From contig JBAMMA010000007.1 of assembly GCA_039794005.1 (NCBI GenBank), positions 1 through 39,607 of the forward strand: 39,607 nucleotides of DNA, in the 5' to 3' direction. The notes below the pieces were generated by a model. That model made no database searches. It saw only the letters and a list, made by a program, of their open reading frames with translations, and was not told the DNA's origin. Within the stretch, counting starts at the first letter, position 1, and every line of letters starts with the position of its first letter. The position numbers were made by a program, and so were the translations under genes. The stretch is from Thermoplasmata archaeon. Its GTDB lineage: Archaea > Thermoplasmatota > Thermoplasmata > Thermoplasmatales > ARK-15. Positions 9,822 through 20,613 of the stretch are shown here, piece after piece.

Positions 9822-12800
9822 TTATGTCCAAATGTTAGATGTTTGTATTATTCCAATAGGGCTGTATCCAACTATTATTATATCTGTTAATGCAAACCAT
9901 TGATTAGATGTAGATATTCTATTATCCACGTCGTATTTATTTCCATTTATTGTAACAGTTGGTATATAACCGTCTGTACTGGTATATAAGGTCGATGTAT
10001 CTCCATGAACCTGGAATTTTAAATAAATACTCTGCCCGATATATGATGTTAAATTAATATCATTGTAAACCTCTGGCTGATGGAATGCATACATTCCTAT
10101 GTAGTATACGCTATAAATCTGGGATGCCCAGGCCCATTGATTGTATGTATTTTTTGTTATTATCATTCCCGCTTCTCCAGCCCACCTTGTGTCCAGCTGA
10201 TTATAAAATATTTCTCCATTTGTACCCAAAGTTCCAACATAAACATTAATTCCATTTGGAACATCACTTTGTATATTTGAATCTGCATATCTGGCCCATA
10301 TCTGGTAGTCCGTATAAAAATCCATTTTTGCCCATATTACATTTTCTATTGATATTGGTACTGAAATTAAATTGTCTATCTCTAATGGATATAATGAATT
10401 GTTCATGAAATATAAATTTCCATTATTTTGCAATTTCCATACATCGCCTTTAAATGATCCAGCTCCATTAACCTGTCCGTTTTCTATAACCTTAACGTTA
10501 TCCATGTAGAAGAAATCGTTTCCATATATATTTAATGGATAATTACTGTTTACCACAAGAACAAACCTTATGCTTATAGAACTTGTTTGAGATAATGAAA
10601 TACCCCAAAAGGCCAGGGATTGTGTTAAATTTATCACATAATGGACATATTGTAAATGTTGACCTCCAGAAACCGTTGAAAATGCAGGAACAAGGTATTG
10701 TGAATTGCTGGGATATTGATATTTGTTGGCTGGTAAAATTCCATATACATTGACATTAGCAGGATAGCCATTTAAAGGTGAAAGCCAGTACCACTGAGAT
10801 TTTCCAGAAGGAGATGCAAATATCATAACGCCTTCTCCACCGTTTGACAATTCAAATTTGGCATCCAATTCCAAAAGGGCATAATTCGATTCTTTCAGGT
10901 AAAGGTTTTCAGTTTGTATATAATAATAACCTGATTGTGAACCAAAGTTATTATATTGGTAATACACGCCAAGTGCATATCCTCCGGATGGAGAATTAGC
11001 CTGATCTGGGGATATCCATAACCATTCATTTGTTGACCCTGAAGGTCCAGTTCCAGCAAATAAATTATTTTGTGAATATTGATTTACAGGACCGAATATG
11101 GCATAGGGTGGTGCAGAGTATAATAAATTATTGCTAGAATTATAATAGTTAACACCTGTAAATCCCCATACAGTATCATAAGATGTGAAATATGACTGCG
11201 ATGAGAAATCATCATAAAAGATGTATACCGGGATATCTAGAATGCCTTCCTTCAGAAGATTAAATGGATTGTATCCCAATTTATTTATAACAAATTGCCT
11301 TGAATTTACACTTGAAATCACAATCCTGATGTGCCTTGGAAGGTTAGGGGGTGAAGGATATTGCGGATCCCATATTATTCTGTATGGTATAGTGGTCAGC
11401 CCTGGAACAAATACTGTTTGAGTTGAAAACAATTGATTACCATCGTAAGCATTTATTATGGCTGAAAAAGGCAGATTGCCCAAATTTCTTATTAATCCTG
11501 ATATAATATAATATTGGTTTATCATTACATTTTTTGAATTTACATTAATGTCTGTTCCCAATACCTCCGGTATTGAATAATTAATAAAGTAATGGAAAGC
11601 TCCAAGCATATTTAGCATGAAAATATATTTTGAAGATATTGCACCATAACCTGCAGGAGGACCAAAATAAATTGAATGCTCCTGTATTATTCCCTTGAAA
11701 TTCTCTAGACTTAAAGGAACTATGCCAACCGTAACTCCAGATATGTTTTCCAATATTGCATAAACATTTCCCGAATTTTGGAGTAAATTAATTTCATTAT
11801 TATTTTGAGATGGTGTTATTATATTTTTATAATTAACTATATTATATTCTATACCATAACCTCTTGTAAGATTATTGCCTAAATAATCAAAACCGGTATT
11901 TGTATTATTATTACCGTATAGATTTATGATCGTTGGTGAATTAACACCACTCACGGATATTTGGTTTAATTCAAGATCATTTAAAATAGTTTGATTAGAA
12001 TCTATTGCAATACCTGCACCTTCACCTAAAATTAACAGTGAAGTTGGGTATTTTCCAATATTGGGATTTTGTGTCATATATTTATTAATTGCAGCTGCTA
12101 ACATATTTGGATAGTTTGGCCAGGTTGTTGTAGATGTATATAATGTACCAGTTGTATTAAAATCAATAATAACAAGGTTGTATTTCAAGAAATAATATGG
12201 TGATGATGGGTTAATAAGATTTGGAACAGGTGAAGAACTCTGTTCATTGTATTTCAAAAATTTATATGCAACTGAATAATTTTGCAATGTGCTATTTACT
12301 GATGTGGGATAATTATATTTGTCATTGGAACCGCATACAAACAAGAATAAAACTGAAAATCTGACATTTAATACTATGTTTACATTTGAACTCAAAACAT
12401 TATTATTATAATTTATTTCCGGTGGAAAGTGGTAAGGATTGATATATGCGAATAATCTATATGTTCCAGGTGTAATGTTTGCATACCATGTCACTGTTAC
12501 CTTTGTTATATTACCATCTGGAGGTATTGGAGGAACATAAATATTTGTGCTTGATACATTTCTTCCATTTTCCAATACAGTTATTGGCTGCCCATTCACC
12601 AAAAATTCCAGATATGTTGCATTAAAGACTGTTGGTGAATAATTTTGGATATAGAATGTTATATTAACCGGTTGCATAAACACGGGTGTATAATTTGATA
12701 ATGCCATATCGACAAGGGCAATATCCTGAACACCATTAAGGACAGTAAGATTTGATAGCCAATACAAAATCTTTACAAATGGGTAATATTGCTGATATAA

Positions 12801-14591
12801 AAGCATAGAAGTTGTCTGATATCCAAATAAAACAAATTTTCCATGGTTAACATTTCCGTTGGTAGTCGTATTATAAACTCCGTAAATCCCAACAGGATTG
12901 ACATTTTGTGAAAAGTTTGCAAGTATTTTTGCATAAAAATTATTGGTATTTATGTATGAAAATATTACATAATTTAATCTAGGGTATGCTGATATATTAG
13001 CCGTGTAATATTTACCTAAAGACATTGGTATATTTACGGAATTTGGTGATATCTTCGTTAAATTATAAAAATTAACCGTTGTATTAACATATTGAATTTC
13101 AGATGTTTCCTGAATATAATTTGATAAAAGGCCGTTGTAATTATTAGTGCTATTTCCAATGAATAATAGAGAGCCTCCTTCACTTAAAAGATTTTCTAAT
13201 TCTTCTAGGTTTGTAACACCATTGTACTGTCCTTCATTAAGGGATGCCTGATTACTTCCCATCACCCATATTACAAAATCATATCCACCAACATCCACAA
13301 ACACATTTTTTGATGTTGTTACTGGATATATCGTTATTGGAAAATCAACATATGTGAAAATATTATAATAATAATTATATATAGTATTCGATACACCATT
13401 TGGAAAATCATAACCAACAAATATTATTTTAGGGAAAATAGATACATTTATCATTTTCCCCAATGTGGGAACAAATGGATTTACGTTTACAAAATTTACA
13501 GATAATACATGTTCTCCAGCCGCAACATAATTTCCACCGATGTTGAACCAAGATATTGAATACGTTGTTGATGTCATTGCAGGAATGGTGTATGGACCTG
13601 TTGGATCATTCTGACTTGCCTGAGATGTATAAATATACTGCCATCCATTTGGATAACTCGGGAAATTATCTGTAATATTAAAATAAAAAGTGACATTTTC
13701 AGGGAATGGATTTGTAATTGATATGAATATTATTGTAGAAGATCCATGCACAGGTTCTGGATTTTCCAGAGTTATCGATGTTACTTTCAATGCTATAAAT
13801 GACTGGGATGTTACTAAAACAGGCAATAATGTCTGATAAGAGGATTTAATATTATTTAACGTAGCATTTATCCATACTGTATAGTTTCCGGGTCTAAGAT
13901 TTGCAAAAGGCTGAGAATATTCAAAAGTATATTGATTATAATATAACATTGTCTGGTTGTTAATCGACAATTTTGGTATGGATATTGTAACTTTTGGAAT
14001 AGAACCCTGATTGTTATAAATCACATAAGCAAATATTTTGCCTATAAATGATGTAACTGCTGGAAATGGACTTGGATTGTATGAGATGCCAATTATGTAT
14101 AAAGGTTTTTCAATACCCTGCAAAACAGAATTCCATACTACTTGATTATTTTGTATATCAATTAAATAAACGTGTATTATCATCTGGCTATTGTAATCAT
14201 ATATATTATCCCACCATGAATGGTAGGTGAAATTCATGCCTGGTGCAAAATATCCCTTCAGGTAATTGGAAGATTGAGACAATAATTGTGAATATATTTG
14301 AGGATATGTCAGCATATGCACAACCTGATGTGAGGGATTTGATATTGAAATAATCAATTCTGTGGTTGAAATTAACAAAGCCTCACCGGCATTATTTTTT
14401 ATTGTAATATTAAATGTTCCATTGTTGTTTGAAGGTAAAATCAATTGAGCTGAAAATGTAGAATATATTTGACTTTGAGGAGTCGGAATTGTCGCTACAT
14501 AATAAAATATTGAACTGAATAAAACTACCGTGATTACTAACATCAATAACGTTCCAATTACCTCAGATACGCCTTTTTCCTCAAATTGCAT
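9822..14591 (-). CDS. Giant type IV pilin-like adhesin (archaeal Pilin_N + CARDB-like repeats + C-terminal beta-sandwich domains)
   Basis: Class III signal peptide MQFEEKG|VSEVIGTLLMLVITVVLF; likely start ATG 14591 (ORF track starts at 14639). CARDB-like segments (DIALVDMALS...PGTYRLFAYINP...EINYNNN); many N-x-S/T sequons. Confidence 0.85.
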   Translation of the reverse strand: MQFEEKGVSEVIGTLLMLVITVVLFSSIFYYVATIPTPQSQIYSTFSAQLILPSNNNGTFNITIKNNAGEALLISTTELIISISNPSHQVVHMLTYPQIYSQLLSQSSNYLKGYFAPGMNFTYHSWWDNIYDYNSQMIIHVYLIDIQNNQVVWNSVLQGIEKPLYIIGISYNPSPFPAVTSFIGKIFAYVIYNNQGSIPKVTISIPKLSINNQTMLYYNQYTFEYSQPFANLRPGNYTVWINATLNNIKSSYQTLLPVLVTSQSFIALKVTSITLENPEPVHGSSTIIFISITNPFPENVTFYFNITDNFPSYPNGWQYIYTSQASQNDPTGPYTIPAMTSTTYSISWFNIGGNYVAAGEHVLSVNFVNVNPFVPTLGKMINVSIFPKIIFVGYDFPNGVSNTIYNYYYNIFTYVDFPITIYPVTTSKNVFVDVGGYDFVIWVMGSNQASLNEGQYNGVTNLEELENLLSEGGSLLFIGNSTNNYNGLLSNYIQETSEIQYVNTTVNFYNLTKISPNSVNIPMSLGKYYTANISAYPRLNYVIFSYINTNNFYAKILANFSQNVNPVGIYGVYNTTTNGNVNHGKFVLFGYQTTSMLLYQQYYPFVKILYWLSNLTVLNGVQDIALVDMALSNYTPVFMQPVNITFYIQNYSPTVFNATYLEFLVNGQPITVLENGRNVSSTNIYVPPIPPDGNITKVTVTWYANITPGTYRLFAYINPYHFPPEINYNNNVLSSNVNIVLNVRFSVLFLFVCGSNDKYNYPTSVNSTLQNYSVAYKFLKYNEQSSSPVPNLINPSSPYYFLKYNLVIIDFNTTGTLYTSTTTWPNYPNMLAAAINKYMTQNPNIGKYPTSLLILGEGAGIAIDSNQTILNDLELNQISVSGVNSPTIINLYGNNNTNTGFDYLGNNLTRGYGIEYNIVNYKNIITPSQNNNEINLLQNSGNVYAILENISGVTVGIVPLSLENFKGIIQEHSIYFGPPAGYGAISSKYIFMLNMLGAFHYFINYSIPEVLGTDINVNSKNVMINQYYIISGLIRNLGNLPFSAIINAYDGNQLFSTQTVFVPGLTTIPYRIIWDPQYPSPPNLPRHIRIVISSVNSRQFVINKLGYNPFNLLKEGILDIPVYIFYDDFSSQSYFTSYDTVWGFTGVNYYNSSNNLLYSAPPYAIFGPVNQYSQNNLFAGTGPSGSTNEWLWISPDQANSPSGGYALGVYYQYNNFGSQSGYYYIQTENLYLKESNYALLELDAKFELSNGGEGVMIFASPSGKSQWYWLSPLNGYPANVNVYGILPANKYQYPSNSQYLVPAFSTVSGGQHLQYVHYVINLTQSLAFWGISLSQTSSISIRFVLVVNSNYPLNIYGNDFFYMDNVKVIENGQVNGAGSFKGDVWKLQNNGNLYFMNNSLYPLEIDNLISVPISIENVIWAKMDFYTDYQIWARYADSNIQSDVPNGINVYVGTLGTNGEIFYNQLDTRWAGEAGMIITKNTYNQWAWASQIYSVYYIGMYAFHQPEVYNDINLTSYIGQSIYLKFQVHGDTSTLYTSTDGYIPTVTINGNKYDVDNRISTSNQWFALTDIIIVGYSPIGIIQTSNIWT

Positions 14592-14680
14592 ATTTAAAAT
14601 TACCAAATTTTTAATATTTAAAATTTGTGTGGTATTCACGAAATAAAAGTTTATTTAATTTATTTCTCTTTAATGTAAGT

Positions 14681-16144
14681 ATGGATATTTGGTCAGATTT
14701 TCTTAAGGAATACAGAATGTTATATTCTTTAAATTATTCACAAAGACTGATGAATTTTGATTTTGAAACACATATGCCAGAATTGGGACAAAGGTGGAGA
14801 GGAGATGCTGTCAGCCTAATAAATATATTAGAAAAAAAGGAATTCATTAAATTATATGATAAATATTATAAAATTTTGGAGAATAATTCTGACAATGACT
14901 TTAAAAATGGAATTTTAAGAATAATGAATAGGACATATCACTACTATTCTTCAATAGACGATTCATTATTAATGAAGATTTCAAAAAAGAGGATAGAGGC
15001 CACACAGGCTTGGATGAAAGCAAAAAAAGAAAATAACTTTCTCTACTTTTCAAGCCATTTAAATGACATAGTTTATTATTCAAAAGAAATAGCTGACAGA
15101 CTGGGATGGAAAAATAACAGGTATAATGCATTGTTGGATCTATACGAAGAAGATTTTAATGTTCAAAAGGCCGATTATATTTTTGAATATATATTAAATA
15201 ATTTAAAAGAAATAGTTGAAAAGGTATTTTCAGAGAATGTTTTTACAAAATCAAGTGAAATTAAAAATGTTGAATATAAAATTGAAGATATGAAAAAATT
15301 AAACTATGACATTTTAAGAATTTTCGATATTCCCATGGATAGATTTGGGTTGTTCATATCTGAACATCCATTCACTATAGGCATTTCATATAATGATGTT
15401 AGGATCACAACAAGATATTATGGTAAAAATTTCAAATCATCACTATTCTCGACAATACATGAAATGGGCCATGGTATATATGAATTGCAAAAGGATAAAT
15501 TCTTGGAATATACTCCAGTGCAGGGTTCCCCATCACTGGGAATACATGAATCACAATCACGATTTTTTGAAAATATAATTGGAAAAAGTAAAAGTTTTAT
15601 AAAAAACTCTAGAAATTTACTAAATAGAAGACTAAGGTTTTTAAGAAAATACGGCGATGATGACATATATTATTATTTCAACGAAGTGGAAAGAAATGTT
15701 ATAAGGGTAGATGCAGATGAGTTGACTTATAACATTCACATTGCTATAAGATATTTCATCGAAAAGGATTTGATAAATGAAAAAATTAAGGCAGAAGACG
15801 TTCCAAAAATATGGAACGAAATGTATGAAAAATATCTTGGTGTTGAACCAAAAAATGATTCTGAAGGTTGCCTCCAGGACATACACTGGGCACATGGATC
15901 ATTCGGGTATTTCCCTACTTATACGCTTGGAAATATTTTATCTGCAATGATTTATGAAAAGGGATTTTTGATAAAAGATTATTTGGATTCATGGAATATT
16001 AAAAATATAAAGGATTATTTGCATTTTTCAATACATAGATATGGTTCGGTATATTCTCCGGAGAATTTATTGAAAATATCATTTGGAGAATATTATAATC
16101 CCGAATATCTGATAAAATATTTAAAAGATAAATATCTATCATGA
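14681..16144 (+). CDS. Carboxypeptidase M32 (Taq/Pfu type)
   Basis: HPF, DVRITT, IHEMGH (HEXXH), HESQ, IRVDAD, QDIHW and GYFPTYTLG motifs; likely start ATG 14681. Confidence 0.95.
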   Translation: MDIWSDFLKEYRMLYSLNYSQRLMNFDFETHMPELGQRWRGDAVSLINILEKKEFIKLYDKYYKILENNSDNDFKNGILRIMNRTYHYYSSIDDSLLMKISKKRIEATQAWMKAKKENNFLYFSSHLNDIVYYSKEIADRLGWKNNRYNALLDLYEEDFNVQKADYIFEYILNNLKEIVEKVFSENVFTKSSEIKNVEYKIEDMKKLNYDILRIFDIPMDRFGLFISEHPFTIGISYNDVRITTRYYGKNFKSSLFSTIHEMGHGIYELQKDKFLEYTPVQGSPSLGIHESQSRFFENIIGKSKSFIKNSRNLLNRRLRFLRKYGDDDIYYYFNEVERNVIRVDADELTYNIHIAIRYFIEKDLINEKIKAEDVPKIWNEMYEKYLGVEPKNDSEGCLQDIHWAHGSFGYFPTYTLGNILSAMIYEKGFLIKDYLDSWNIKNIKDYLHFSIHRYGSVYSPENLLKISFGEYYNPEYLIKYLKDKYLS

Positions 16145-16833
16145 TGGAGAGAAAATATTTTGACTGTACATACGGAAAAATTTCATATCTATATAGAAAG
16201 GGAGATATTCCAATAATAGCGCTACATGGTCTCGGATCTTCATCTAAAGGTTTTGCTAAAATGGATTCCTACTTGGATATAAAATTCTCTTTGTATTTTG
16301 TAGATCTTTTGGGCCACGGAGAATCTGAAAAAAGGCTGGAAGGATATACTATTGATGAACAGACAGATTCAATTCATGATTTTATTAAAAATGTTATAAA
16401 GGATAAACCAATTATAATGGGGAATTCCTATGGTGGATGGATTTCGGTTAATTATGTCTTGAAATACAACAATGCAAAAGGATTAATTTTAATAGACTCA
16501 GCCGGCATAAATCCACCTGTGGGCGACTATGACGAAAATTATATAGAACATTTTATAAATTCTATATCTAAAAATGATTTTGATAAAATTATATTTAAAA
16601 ATATAATTATAAAAAATTCCAAAACGAATAGATTAAATATTGATGAATTAAAAAACATAAAAATTAAAACTATAATAATTTGGGGAAAATATGATAATAT
16701 AATAAATATGGAATATGCAAAAAAATTTCATGAAAGTATCAATAATTCAAAACTTTATATTGTAGAGGGTGGCCATATGCCTATGATAGATAATCCCGAA
16801 GGGGTTTCAAAAATAATAAATAATGAATTTTAG
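16141..16833 (+). CDS. Alpha/beta fold hydrolase
   Basis: LHGLG, DLLGHGES, GNSYGG nucleophile elbow, WGKYD, GGH; 4-bp overlap with the upstream gene. Confidence 0.92.
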   Translation: MMERKYFDCTYGKISYLYRKGDIPIIALHGLGSSSKGFAKMDSYLDIKFSLYFVDLLGHGESEKRLEGYTIDEQTDSIHDFIKNVIKDKPIIMGNSYGGWISVNYVLKYNNAKGLILIDSAGINPPVGDYDENYIEHFINSISKNDFDKIIFKNIIIKNSKTNRLNIDELKNIKIKTIIIWGKYDNIINMEYAKKFHESINNSKLYIVEGGHMPMIDNPEGVSKIINNEF

Positions 16834-16834
16834 A

Positions 16835-17302
16835 TCACAGAGTTTTTCCGTAAATGGATATTATTGATCTCATCCCCATGGATGAATAAAACTTGTGCGC
16901 CAACAAATTTTCTGATGGAAATTCTACCGTTAATATACTACAACCTTTTTCTTTTTCATAGTTTGCTGCATAGTTCAACAATGATCTGCCTATCCCATTT
17001 TTCCTGAATTCAGGCAGAACATAGAGATCCATTATCCTTACCTCTTTTTCCGGTATGTAAAATCTCCTATCGTATATATGCGCTATTATCACGCCAACTA
17101 TTTTTCCGTTGTAATCTGCAACAAATATATCTACATCATCTCTTTTTAATGATTCTAATATGTAATTTTTCACTATATCTTCTATATTTGAATTCAGATT
17201 AAACAAAGGATCATGCTCTGAATTGAACCTCTTTAATCTTATTATAAGTGATTTTGTTTGCTCCAGATCCCTTTCTTCAAACTTTCTGATTTCTATATCC
17301 AT
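16835..17302 (-). CDS. GNAT family N-acetyltransferase
   Basis: LYVLPEFRKNGIGRSLL acetyl-CoA-binding motif; NLLAHKFYSSMG. Confidence 0.92.
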   Translation of the reverse strand: MDIEIRKFEERDLEQTKSLIIRLKRFNSEHDPLFNLNSNIEDIVKNYILESLKRDDVDIFVADYNGKIVGVIIAHIYDRRFYIPEKEVRIMDLYVLPEFRKNGIGRSLLNYAANYEKEKGCSILTVEFPSENLLAHKFYSSMGMRSIISIYGKTL

Positions 17303-17306
17303 ATTT

Positions 17307-18647
17307 TTACCTCCTTATATCTTCAATGTAACCCATATTAATCATTTTATCTATTAAATTTCTAGTCTTCGAAATTATTTCCTTTGCCCTTTCATAAAAG
17401 AATTCATAGGACCCTGTTTTTCTAGCCATGTTTTCTTCAACGGCCTTTTTGGCCACCGCAGCAGCAACTCTTGGAAAGACATCCCAATCTGTCATTTTGG
17501 GTATTATATAATCTCTTTTTAAACCTCTTTCCTGTGCAAATTTGGCAAGCTCTTCTGATGCTGCTATTACCATGTTATCGGTAATTTTCCTTACCCTTGC
17601 ATCCAGGGCCCCTCTGAAAACGCCCGGAAATACCATACTGTTGTTTATTTGATTTGGAAAATCTGACCTACCAGTGGCAACTATTGCCGAACCATTTTCT
17701 AATGCCTCATCGGGCCATATCTCTGGTATTGGATTTGCGAGTGCAAAAATTATTGAATCTTTATTCATTTTTTTAATCCATTCGCCCTTTACAACACCAG
17801 GCCCAGGAGTTGATGCAGCAATTAATACATCAGCGTTCTCCAATGCCTTTTCTATGTTCCCATTTATCCTATCCCTATTTGTTTTCAATGCAATATCGTA
17901 TTTCCAAGGATTTGTCTTCATCATATTATCTATATCATATCTTTCTGGTTCTAATATTCCCTTTGAATCAACAACAATCATATTTCCGGGATCAAAACCA
18001 TATTTTGTCAATATCCTAACAGCTGCAATGTTTGCAGCACCTGCACCCAAAAATACTATCCTAGTATTTTTTACATTTCTCCCTGTATATTTTAGGGCGT
18101 TTATCAATCCTGCCAAAATGGCGCCAGCTGTACCCAATTGATCATCATGCCATACCGGAATTTGAACACTTTCGGAAAGTTTCTCAAGTATCCTAAAACA
18201 TTTTGGTGATTCTATATCTTCTAAATTGATTCCCCCGAAAGAAGGCTCAATTGCCTTTCCAACTCGCAAAAATTCATATTCGTTTTGAACGTTTATTGGC
18301 AATGGAACTGCATCAACACCACCTAAATATTTAAAGAGCAACGATTTACCTTCCATTACAGGCATTGCCGCATATGGACCCACAAATCCCAATCCTAATA
18401 CTCTTGTTCCGTCAGTTAAAATTGCAATGGAATTCCATCGATATGTATATTCGTATGACAAATCAGGATCATTTGCTATTTCCAATGATACCTTGGCCAC
18501 TCCAGGTGTATACCATATTGAAAAATCATTTAAATCTCTGATTGGAACTTTAGGAAGTGTTTGAATTTTACCACCATATTTTTTTGAATATTCCAGTGAA
18601 AGTTCTGAAAATTTATCGTGTCTATCTTTTTTGTTTGAATTTTCCAT
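17307..18647 (-). CDS. NAD(P)-dependent malic enzyme
   Basis: [58 protein letters not shown]; likely start ATG 18647. Confidence 0.95.
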   Translation of the reverse strand: MENSNKKDRHDKFSELSLEYSKKYGGKIQTLPKVPIRDLNDFSIWYTPGVAKVSLEIANDPDLSYEYTYRWNSIAILTDGTRVLGLGFVGPYAAMPVMEGKSLLFKYLGGVDAVPLPINVQNEYEFLRVGKAIEPSFGGINLEDIESPKCFRILEKLSESVQIPVWHDDQLGTAGAILAGLINALKYTGRNVKNTRIVFLGAGAANIAAVRILTKYGFDPGNMIVVDSKGILEPERYDIDNMMKTNPWKYDIALKTNRDRINGNIEKALENADVLIAASTPGPGVVKGEWIKKMNKDSIIFALANPIPEIWPDEALENGSAIVATGRSDFPNQINNSMVFPGVFRGALDARVRKITDNMVIAASEELAKFAQERGLKRDYIIPKMTDWDVFPRVAAAVAKKAVEENMARKTGSYEFFYERAKEIISKTRNLIDKMINMGYIEDIRR

Positions 18648-18708
18648 ATTTAGGAAAAGGATTTCAAAATTAAAAAAATTATTATTTTGGAATTTCAATT
18701 ACTTTAAC

Positions 18709-18858
18709 ATGGGTCTCAGCAAAAAGGATCTTTCAAGGAAAAAAAAGGCTTTGGAGGCTAGGATTGCAGAATTGGAGGAAAAAGCAAAGAAAAATCCTCT
18801 GGATAAAAGTATAAAAGAAGAACTGGAAAATTTAAAGAAAAAATTAAATAAAAAGTGA
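18709..18858 (+). CDS. Small basic coiled-coil protein (49 aa)
   Basis: MGLSKKDLSRKKKALEARIAELEEKAKKNPLDKSIKEELENLKKKLNKK from ATG 18709; fits cleanly between two minus-strand genes. Confidence 0.7.
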   Translation: MGLSKKDLSRKKKALEARIAELEEKAKKNPLDKSIKEELENLKKKLNKK

Positions 18859-18859
18859 A

Positions 18860-19300
18860 TTATTCTTCAAATTCCCAATCTATTTTTTCTTCAACATTTC
18901 CTTTTATGGCCCTGGATATAAAGCAATATTTATGGGCAAGTTCCATCGCTCTCGGTATTTTTTCTTTGTCCTTTTCTGAAACGTTCATAATGACATGTAT
19001 TTCGATCTTTTCAAACCTGTAACCCTTTTCAGGACTTGGTCCTAATGTTGTTTTTATCTTTGCCTTCCAGGACTTCAAATCTATGCCCATCTTATCCTTA
19101 AATTCCAGGAAAGTTGTTAAAATACAAGATGCTAATACACCTGGAAATAATTCTTCCGGGGTCATCTTATCAGGCGGGCCTTTAAATTCGGGAGGAGAAT
19201 CTACTTCAATCTCATAATTTTTGACTTTTAATAAAGTCCTTCTATCATCTAACCATTGTACTTCACTAAAATATTCATATTTATTTTCATCAGCCATCAT
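18860..19300 (-). CDS. OsmC/Ohr family protein
   Basis: DSPPEFKG...TPEELF...LASC...HKYCFIS two-Cys pattern; AGGAGGT SD before ATG 19300/19297. Confidence 0.9.
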   Translation of the reverse strand: MMADENKYEYFSEVQWLDDRRTLLKVKNYEIEVDSPPEFKGPPDKMTPEELFPGVLASCILTTFLEFKDKMGIDLKSWKAKIKTTLGPSPEKGYRFEKIEIHVIMNVSEKDKEKIPRAMELAHKYCFISRAIKGNVEEKIDWEFEE

Positions 19301-19476
19301 AAAACCTCCTATTATTTTTATAAGATATAAAGATAAAAAGATATAAAAATTTGCCATCTATTTCAATTTTTATTTTTTGTAGAAATTTGATATTATTACT
19401 AACAATTGAAATATATTCAGTTAAAGATAAACTTTTATATAATAGTTAAATATAGTATTTTAAAAGGTGCATTGCG

Positions 19477-19863
19477 ATGACATTCTGGCAGGGTAGATCT
19501 GTAAGGAAATATACAGGAGGGAAATATAGGCATTTCAGAAATAAAAGAAGGTATGAAATTGGTGGAGACCCGGTATTGACAAAAATCGGTAAGGATAAAA
19601 GAAAAATAGTTAGAACCTATGGAGGAAACTTAAAGATAAAATTGTTAGAAGCTGAATTTGTAAATGTGTATGATCCAAAAACAAAATCAATGAAAAAGGC
19701 TAAATTGATAACAGTTAAAGAAAATAGTGCAAATCCGCACTATGTGCAAAGAAATATAATTAATAAAGGCGCCGTTGTTTTGACGGAAATTGGATTGGTA
19801 AAAATAACTTCAAGACCGGGACAAGATGGTGTGTTGAATGGAATCTTAATTGAAGAAAAATGA
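19477..19863 (+). CDS. rps8e: 30S ribosomal protein S8e
   Basis: WQGRSVRKYTGG...RRYEIG...RNIINKGAVV...TSRPGQDGVLNG. Confidence 0.97.
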   Translation: MTFWQGRSVRKYTGGKYRHFRNKRRYEIGGDPVLTKIGKDKRKIVRTYGGNLKIKLLEAEFVNVYDPKTKSMKKAKLITVKENSANPHYVQRNIINKGAVVLTEIGLVKITSRPGQDGVLNGILIEEK

Positions 19864-20123
19864 TAATTTATCCCTCATATTTTTCAAATAAAAATTCCAG
19901 AAAGATGGGCAGAAAAATTCCGAGAAATTTAGCTTTTGATCCAAACCCTGAAATAATTGAAAAGGCATTAAAAGTTTTAGGATATAAGTACGAAAAACAG
20001 GAGAAAAAATATCCAAAACAATGGTATTCTGATAAAATAAGATTTTATGTTGAAACCAATGAGAAAAAAACAGAAGTTTTAAAAAAAATATCAAAAATTA
20101 TAAAAAATAATTTTAAATCTTAA
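19860..20123 (+). CDS. srp19: Signal recognition particle protein SRP19
   Basis: IYPSYF...SRKMGRKIP...KKYPKQW; overlaps the rps8e stop, a common archaeal gene order. Confidence 0.92.
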   Translation: MIIYPSYFSNKNSRKMGRKIPRNLAFDPNPEIIEKALKVLGYKYEKQEKKYPKQWYSDKIRFYVETNEKKTEVLKKISKIIKNNFKS

Positions 20124-20131
20124 TTAAAAAA

Positions 20132-20551
20132 TCAATCCTTGAACCTCTTCTTAAAATCCCTTCTTCCTCCTCTTGATCTCCTATTATGGAAATCATCGCG
20201 GTGCTCTGCAGCACTAACATCATTTTCCATGTTTATATTGTCTATATTCTCCTCGGATTTCTTTATGCTTCCATATTTTCCGACATTCAACCTCATGTGG
20301 CCTCTGACCAATGTTATGTATCCATTGTCTATATACAATGTGTCTCCCTGCGAAATTCCCTGATTTTGGTCTCCCCATAGGGTAAGGGTAATTGTTCCTG
20401 TCTCATCACCTATCACTACTTCCGTCAATCTCCTGGATTCTCCATATTTTGTTGTTATCTCTTTCGTTTCGCCAATGCTTGCCACTTTTCCCAAAACATT
20501 GACCCTTTTAGAATCCGGGGTCAAGTCTTTTATTTTCGTCACGTTCTCCAT
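20132..20551 (-). CDS. ssb: Single OB-fold single-stranded DNA-binding protein (SSB/RPA-like)
   Basis: KIKDLTP...VNVLGKV...VIGDETGTITLTLWG...LNVGKYG; R/G-rich C-terminal tail. Confidence 0.88.
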   Translation of the reverse strand: MENVTKIKDLTPDSKRVNVLGKVASIGETKEITTKYGESRRLTEVVIGDETGTITLTLWGDQNQGISQGDTLYIDNGYITLVRGHMRLNVGKYGSIKKSEENIDNINMENDVSAAEHRDDFHNRRSRGGRRDFKKRFKD

Positions 20552-20576
20552 ACTTTCTTCCTTCCTTTTTCCTTTC

Positions 20577-20613
20577 GACGTCCACTCTTCCCAAAAAGAG
20601 AAAAGTTTACGCC
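20577..20613 (-). promoter_or_regulatory. Stem-loop upstream of ssb (leader structure or terminator of the upstream ORF)
   Basis: Minus strand GGCGT-AA-ACTTTTCTC-TTTTT-GGGAAGAGT-GG-ACGTC forms two stacked stems including G-U pairs. Confidence 0.45.
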
